DNA of 12,140 nucleotides, taken from Candidatus Sumerlaeia bacterium (GTDB taxonomy: Bacteria; Sumerlaeota; Sumerlaeia; SLMS01). Made by a program: the position numbers and the translations under genes. The notes under the pieces are model-generated. The model did no database searches. It was given only the letters and a program-made list of their open reading frames with translations, and had not been told where the DNA came from. Each line of letters starts with the position of its first letter. Position 1 is the stretch's first letter. Shown piece by piece: positions 7,095-12,140 of the stretch. Location: positions 1 to 12,140 of the forward strand of contig JBBQYG010000128.1 of the NCBI GenBank assembly GCA_038208905.1, read 5' to 3'.

Positions 7095-9410
7095 TTGAGC
7101 GTTCTGCGACGGCTCTTTCTTCCGATATTGATCCTTCTGGGCCTGGCGCCGGGGCTTGCGCCCGGCCAGACCGCCGCGCTCCCCACCGATGGCGCGCCCA
7201 TCAAGGAGGTCCGTGTCGAGGGCACGAGCCGCCTGGCGCCGACGGCGATCATCAACCGCATGGAACTACGCGAGGGCAGCACGTTCTCCGCCGATGCCTA
7301 TCGCCGCGATATCCAATCCATCGCCGACGCGGGGGTGGTCGATCCCTTGGCGATCCGCATTTCGTGGACCCAGGACGACGCGGGTGCGGTGACGCTGGTG
7401 GTGACGGTGAAGGAGAACGCGATCATCGCCGCGATCCGGTTCATCGGCAACGTCCGCTTCAAGGAGAAGGAACTGATCGCCCAGCTCGACGACAAGGTGG
7501 GCGACCTGGCCAAGGCGGACCTTCGCTCGGCGACGGCGCGCAACGTGCGCAATTTCTACCGCGATGGCGGCTTCAAATCGGTGAAGATCACGGTGGAGAC
7601 ACCCGCCGCGGGCGATGGCAGCATCAATCTGTTGATCACGGTGGACGAGGGCGCCCGCATCAAAATCCATAAGCTGATCGTGAACGGCAACGAACACTTC
7701 AGCGATTTCTATCTGGGCACGCGGCTGACAAATGCGCCGGGGCTGCTCTTTTTCTCCAATTATTTCGACGAACTGGCGCTGGACGAGGACATGGCTGTCC
7801 TGCGCGCGGTTTACCAGGACGCCGGCTATCTGGATGTGAAGGCGAGCCGGGGCGAGCCGATCTACGAGGAAGACAAGAAGCGCATCACCCTTGTCTATAC
7901 AGTGGAGGAAGGCCCCCGCTATCGCGTGAAGTCTGCCCGGACCGAAGGCGTCAGCCTGTTCACGGCGGAAGAAGTCCGCAAGGCGACGGTCCAGATGACG
8001 GATCGGACCTTCAAGGGTCAGCGCCTGGCGAAGTCGGTGGACAAGATTTCGACCCTCTATGGCAACGAAGGCTATGTGGATACGGAGATCGGCTACCGCC
8101 TGGACAAGGATCCCGAGTCGCGCACGGTGGACGTGGTCTTCGACGTGACGGAAAAGCCGGTGGTCTATGTGGGCCAGATCCGGCTGAAGATGGAGGACTA
8201 TGACTACAACGTGGAGCCAAGCGCGCTGGACCGCGCGCTGAAGGCCATCGCCCCGCCCACAAAGACCGACACCGTGCTGAAGGAAGTGCGCCTCAAGTCT
8301 GGGGAGAAGTACCGCGCCGCGAATGAAGTGAGAACCATCGAGCGGCTCAAGAATCTCGGCATCTTCCGCACGGTGGATATCGTCCGCACGCCGACCTCGG
8401 ACCCTGGCGTGCGCGACGCGCTGGTGGTGGTGGACGAGGATCCCGCCGCCGCGTTCATCGGCGCCACCGCGGGCGTGGGAGAGCGCTCCGGCCCGTCAGT
8501 CACCTTCACCATCGACCAGCCCAACTGGGGCGGTCGCGCCGACCGGGCCTACGCGTCAGCCACCATCGGCACGCGATCGCGGGCGTTCCGCATTGGATTC
8601 TTTGACCGGTACATCGGCGACTCCGACACGTCGGTGGACTCTGCAATCTACTATGACACCGACCGCTATCGCGTCTATCGCGAGCGCACCATCGGCGCCT
8701 CCACCGAATTCGGTAAGCCCCTGGGCGAGCGCCTCACCGGCTACCTGCGCTTCCGCCTGGAGCACGTCAAGTTCTCCAACATCGACGACGACCCGGAGCC
8801 CGAGGAGAACTTCGACAGCTACTACGTCGTCGCGGCGCGGCCGATGCTTGTGTATGACCAGCGCGACAACATCCGCCGGCCCACGCGCGGCTACCTGGTG
8901 GGTGGCGGAGTGGAAGTCGGCGCAGCCGATGGGTTCCTGCTGAAGCTGCTTCACAACTACGAGTGGTACAAGAAGCCCTTCGAGCGCAGCGACCTCGTCT
9001 ATGCCTACCAGCACACGGTGGGCGTGATGCCCTATGACGCGACGAACATCGGAATCTCCGAGCGGTTCTTCGTCGGTGGCACTTCGACGCTCCGCGGCTT
9101 CCGCGCGCGCGGGGTCGGCCCCCGCGACGAACGCAACGAGGACCTCGCCATCGGCGGCGCCACGCGCATCACCCAGCGGCACGAGCTCCGGTATCCATTC
9201 TCCGAGTACGTCACGGGCCGCGTCTTCACCGACGCCGCGATTCTGGAAAAAGGCCCCGTGGAACTCGGCACGCCCCGAGTCGGCAGCGGCGTCGGCGCCC
9301 TCCTGAAGATCGGCCCCGTCAACGCCGAGGTGGATTTTGCCGTGCCGGTGCTCATCCAGAGCGATGACGAGCGCCAGTTCTTCCACCTGAAGATCGGGTC
9401 GAACTTCTAG
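7095..9410 (+). CDS. bamA: Outer membrane protein assembly factor BamA / Omp85 family (771 aa)
   Basis: TTG start and a cleavable signal peptide. Five POTRA-like repeats begin IKEVRVEG, IAAIRFIGN, IHKLIVNGN, YRVKSARTEG and VYVGQIRL. The barrel has DQPNWGG, YDQRDNIRRPTRG, the loop-6 motif ERFFVGGTSTLRGF, RVGSGVG and a terminal Phe (KIGSNF). It may be a paralog rather than the main copy. Confidence 0.92.
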   Translation: MSVLRRLFLPILILLGLAPGLAPGQTAALPTDGAPIKEVRVEGTSRLAPTAIINRMELREGSTFSADAYRRDIQSIADAGVVDPLAIRISWTQDDAGAVTLVVTVKENAIIAAIRFIGNVRFKEKELIAQLDDKVGDLAKADLRSATARNVRNFYRDGGFKSVKITVETPAAGDGSINLLITVDEGARIKIHKLIVNGNEHFSDFYLGTRLTNAPGLLFFSNYFDELALDEDMAVLRAVYQDAGYLDVKASRGEPIYEEDKKRITLVYTVEEGPRYRVKSARTEGVSLFTAEEVRKATVQMTDRTFKGQRLAKSVDKISTLYGNEGYVDTEIGYRLDKDPESRTVDVVFDVTEKPVVYVGQIRLKMEDYDYNVEPSALDRALKAIAPPTKTDTVLKEVRLKSGEKYRAANEVRTIERLKNLGIFRTVDIVRTPTSDPGVRDALVVVDEDPAAAFIGATAGVGERSGPSVTFTIDQPNWGGRADRAYASATIGTRSRAFRIGFFDRYIGDSDTSVDSAIYYDTDRYRVYRERTIGASTEFGKPLGERLTGYLRFRLEHVKFSNIDDDPEPEENFDSYYVVAARPMLVYDQRDNIRRPTRGYLVGGGVEVGAADGFLLKLLHNYEWYKKPFERSDLVYAYQHTVGVMPYDATNIGISERFFVGGTSTLRGFRARGVGPRDERNEDLAIGGATRITQRHELRYPFSEYVTGRVFTDAAILEKGPVELGTPRVGSGVGALLKIGPVNAEVDFAVPVLIQSDDERQFFHLKIGSNF

Positions 9411-10060
9411 CTCAGAACGCGTTCGAGGTCCTGCGCCTCGGCCTCGGGAAGGCCGAGGCCCTCTGCTAGCCGGCGCAGGTAGGCGCGCTCCCCGGGCGTA
9501 TCGGCGGAGATCGCAAGAAAGCTGGCCGCGAAGATCTGTCGTCCGGCACAGCCAAGGCGTCGCGCCTCTTCCACAACCTGATGCACCGAGAGCGGGCGCA
9601 GCAGTTCGGCCTCCAGCGCCGCGCGTTCCTCGGGATCGAGGGAGAAAAGTTCCGCCTTGGCAAGGATGCGGCGGCGCTCCTCGTCATCGATCTCGTGATC
9701 CGCGTTGGCGGCGGCAATCATGGCGCGAATGAGCAGCATCGACTGGCGGTCGCGATCCACCGAGGCGACAGCCTGCGGCGGAGCAGGGACCGGAGTCGGA
9801 TTGCCAAAGGCGGGCGGCACCGGCGGGAGAGCGCCGCCACGCATCTGCGGCGGCGGAAGCCGATCAAGCGGAACGGGAGGCGCCGTCGGCGCCTCGCCCT
9901 GGGCGCCAACCAGATGCTTGTGGGCCATGTAGGCGGCCCCGGCGGCGCCAAGGCCGAGGAGGATGTTGCGGGTGCTGAGCAGATCGCCCACGCCGAGGGA
10001 ACCGCTCCCCTTGGACTTTCCCTTGATCAGCGACTTGAGAATATTCTGCGCGTCGAACAT
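9407..10060 (-). CDS. DUF533 (YebE-like, TerB-like fold) family protein (217 aa)
   Basis: N-terminal GLGAAGAAYMAHK membrane segment, a Pro-rich linker, LLIRAMIAAANADHEIDDEERRRI and ADTPGERAYLRRLAEGLGL. SD-like GAGGT upstream of the ATG. Confidence 0.88.
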   Translation of the reverse strand: MFDAQNILKSLIKGKSKGSGSLGVGDLLSTRNILLGLGAAGAAYMAHKHLVGAQGEAPTAPPVPLDRLPPPQMRGGALPPVPPAFGNPTPVPAPPQAVASVDRDRQSMLLIRAMIAAANADHEIDDEERRRILAKAELFSLDPEERAALEAELLRPLSVHQVVEEARRLGCAGRQIFAASFLAISADTPGERAYLRRLAEGLGLPEAEAQDLERVLS

Positions 10061-10078
10061 CGGTTTCTACCTCACCCC

Positions 10079-10108
10079 ATCTTGAATTTTCGCCGCATGG
10101 CGCGTCAA
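10079..10108 (-). promoter_or_regulatory. Possible promoter for the DUF533 gene
   Basis: Minus strand reads TTGACG (10108-10103), 18 nt, then CAAGAT (10084-10079), directly upstream of the SD and ATG 10060. Confidence 0.35.
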
Positions 10109-10151
10109 ACTTACGGTGAAAGCGCTGGCCGTGCCAGAACGTCGGCGGATG

Positions 10152-11378
10152 CTAGCGCCCCATCAGCTTTTCCAGGGCCGCCCTTACGGGTTCCTGGTGC
10201 AGGCTGGCGGTGAAGCGGGTCACCGCCCACTCTCGAGCCGACGCGCGCATGGCGGCGAGCGGCGCGGGATCGCGGAAGAGAGCCACCAGCAATTCCGACA
10301 AAGCCGCGTGATCGTGGGAATCGATCACCCATCCGCTGACTCCCTCCTCCACCGCCTCCGGCGCGCCGCCAGATCGGCCAGCGATGCACGGTGTCCCGCG
10401 CAGCGCGGCCTCCAGAAAGACGATTCCGAAACCCTCGATCTCGCCGTTGGGCATCTCGCGGTTCGGCATGGGAAACAGGTCCGCGGCCTCGATCAGGTTG
10501 CGCTTCTCGGGCTCGCTCAGCGCGCCGATGAACGCTACATTCCCAGCCAGCCCAAGCTCCGCCGAAAGACGCCTCAGTCGAGGCAGGTACTCCCCCGTGC
10601 CGCCAACCAAATAGCGCCAATGTGGCGGCGTTTGGCCAGAATCCTTCAATGTTTGCAAGGCCGCCGCCAGCGCCCTCAGCACGGTGTCGATGCCCTTGCG
10701 CTCGACGAGCCGCGTCACCGTGGCGAGGAGGAGCGTGCTCCCGTCCCCGACGCCCTCGTGCTTGCGCAGGGCGGCGCGATCATTGCCCAGCGGCGCAAAG
10801 AAGGAGGCATCGGGACACGGATACTGGATGACGATGCGCTCCTTCGCGACGCCGAACTCGCGCACGCGGCGGGCGGTGGTGCGGCAGTTGGACACCACGC
10901 GGCTGGAGGCGCGGAGGCACGCGCGGATCTGGCGGGAGATAATCGGCGACCGCGCCCCCACCGTAAGGTCCTCACCGTGGGTCCACACCAGCACGGGACC
11001 GCGCCAGAGCGTGCGCAGCAGCACCGCCGGAATCGAGAAAGGAGTGAGGTGTGCCGAGACGACGGCGTCCTTGCGATGGAGGAGCATCCACGCCGCGGCG
11101 GCGAGTATTCCCGAGTAGCGTGCCGCGCGCGCCACGGGCTTGCGCGCCTTGGCGTCTATACGGCGGGAAAGGCTCCACGCGCGGCTGCGGTGGATCCGAT
11201 ACGGCTGGGCGCGGTCAAAATGCGCGCTCCCCGGCATCGCCGGCGCAAACAGCGTCACATGCCAACCCGCCTCCACCAGCCCGAGCGCCAGGTTGTGCGC
11301 CACCCGCTCCGACCCACCCATCGTTGGGAAGAAGGTCTCCGCGAAAATGAGAACGTGGGGGCGACGCTTTTTGGACAT
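10152..11378 (-). CDS. Glycosyltransferase family 4 (GT-B fold, PimB-like subgroup), 408 aa
   Basis: Motifs FFPTMGGSER, WTHGED, VTRLVERKGID, GGTGEY, and the EX7E motif EGFGIVFLEA followed by PCIAGRSGGAPEAVEEGVSG. Confidence 0.93.
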   Translation of the reverse strand: MSKKRRPHVLIFAETFFPTMGGSERVAHNLALGLVEAGWHVTLFAPAMPGSAHFDRAQPYRIHRSRAWSLSRRIDAKARKPVARAARYSGILAAAAWMLLHRKDAVVSAHLTPFSIPAVLLRTLWRGPVLVWTHGEDLTVGARSPIISRQIRACLRASSRVVSNCRTTARRVREFGVAKERIVIQYPCPDASFFAPLGNDRAALRKHEGVGDGSTLLLATVTRLVERKGIDTVLRALAAALQTLKDSGQTPPHWRYLVGGTGEYLPRLRRLSAELGLAGNVAFIGALSEPEKRNLIEAADLFPMPNREMPNGEIEGFGIVFLEAALRGTPCIAGRSGGAPEAVEEGVSGWVIDSHDHAALSELLVALFRDPAPLAAMRASAREWAVTRFTASLHQEPVRAALEKLMGR

Positions 11379-11386
11379 GAAAAGCT

Positions 11387-11505
11387 AGGGATGAGGGATG
11401 AGGGATGGACGGGTGCGATAGGATGGCGGGCGAATGGGATAAGGGGCCAAGGCGAATAGTCGCTCGGGCCCCCGCGATCTTCCCGGCTGTTCATCCCTCA
11501 TCCCT
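11387..11505. repeat. Inverted heptamer-repeat element (AGGGATG)3 ... (TCATCCC)2T with an internal hairpin
   Basis: 11387-11401 is the perfect reverse complement of 11491-11505. An inner stem-loop GGGGCC-aa-GGCGA-atag-TCGCT-cg-GGCCCC spans 11443-11472. GTTCATCCCTCATCCCT at 11489-11505 is identical to 3249-3265. Confidence 0.85.
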
Positions 11506-12009
11506 GCCGTTAGCAATGCCGCGCTCTGTAGCTTCCGGGAGTCCGATGGAGGCGAGCCAGCAGACGGCGAAGCAGACGAGCATGCCGATCGGCGCGTCCC
11601 AGGGCCACCTGATACCGGTGTAGGAGCGCGTCATGTTGTAGATGATCATGAAGAAGAAGGAAACCGTCATGCCGGCAATCACGGGTCCGGCGTGGCCGCG
11701 CTTCTTCCACATGCCAAAGAGGAACGCTCCGAGAATCGCGCCGGCGGTGAGGCCGGCGAGCTTGAAGGCGAGGTCGAGGAGGAACGGGGCGCCCTCGCAC
11801 GCGAAGGCGATGACGACGAGGAGGACGCCGGCGAAGATGGTGGCGACTCGGGAGAGGTAGAGTTCTTGAGCGGGGGTGGAGTTGGTGCCGCGAATTGGCC
11901 TCCAGAAGTCAATAATGGCAATGCTGGAGAGGGCGGAGAGCACGCTGGAGACGCTGGACATGGCGGCGGCGAGGAGACCCGCGATCAGGAAACCCTTCAA
12001 TATACCGGG
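11491..12009 (-). pseudogene. 3' portion of a sodium:solute symporter (SSS/SLC5-like) gene, 5'-truncated in this sequence
   Basis: (PGI)LKGFLIAGLLAAAMSSVSSVLSALSSIAIIDFW is the SSS signature, followed by hydrophobic helices (LSRVATIF, GAILGAFLFG, WPWDAPIG). Only ~170 aa of a typically ~500-aa protein is present. Upstream the frame enters unrelated AT-rich sequence and meets an in-frame TGA at 12084-12082. This is either a true disruption or an assembly artefact. Confidence 0.75.
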
Positions 12010-12140
12010 TGTAAACCTTATTTTTGGAATAACTTTAAGAAGCGACAGCGTGTGACTAGTAAATGATAAAATTGCAGTTTTTCATTTAATAAATAGGGGT
12101 TCTAGTTGTCATTGAGAAAGCCAATTGCCACATGGGTCGA
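12001..12140. other. AT-rich foreign segment: end of an inserted element, or a chimeric/artefactual junction
   Basis: By hand count 50/140 bases are G+C (~36%), against roughly two-thirds in the rest of the window. It replaces the expected 5' part of the symporter gene. Confidence 0.75.

Noticed and set aside
10116..11459. 447-aa plus-strand ORF, and similar ORFs such as 8556..9386, 9581..10213 and 6752..7672
   Set aside because: These are shadows of well-supported genes (GT4, bamA, DUF533).
11387..11505. CRISPR array or tRNA interpretation of the repeats
   Set aside because: The units are 7-nt tandem and inverted, with no repeat-spacer periodicity, no cas genes and no cloverleaf or T-loop motif.
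11998..12000. TTG at 12000 as the real start of a 169-aa membrane protein
   Set aside because: It lies in the middle of the SSS signature region and has no ribosome-binding site, so it is a by-product of the truncation.
12001..12140. Riboswitch (e.g. c-di-GMP-I) suggested by CCGGGTGTAAACC
   Set aside because: The GCAAA/GAAA/GGGACGCAAAGC core and paired helices are not present on either strand. An Rfam scan would settle it.

Overview
High-GC diderm bacterial DNA with seven protein-coding genes, mostly envelope or glycan related. In order: (1) a divergent GH57/DUF3536-like protein on the minus strand (2106 to <1), absent from the ORF track because it runs off the window; (2) a CmoB/DUF1698-like class I SAM methyltransferase; (3) a ~1223-aa lipoprotein with a GH32/GH43-like five-bladed propeller that appears interrupted by a ~450-aa insert of NHL-like repeats; (4) a five-POTRA BamA/Omp85 outside its usual operon; (5) a DUF533/TerB-like protein; (6) a GT4 glycosyltransferase; (7) the 3' part of a sodium:solute symporter. 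The symporter is cut off at ~12001-12012 by an abrupt switch to AT-rich DNA (50 of the last 140 bases are G+C). Two intergenic regions carry related inverted arrays of the heptamer AGGGATG/CATCCCT that overlap stop codons. I recognised no rRNA, tRNA, CRISPR array or transposase. All family calls come from motif recognition by eye, not database searches.
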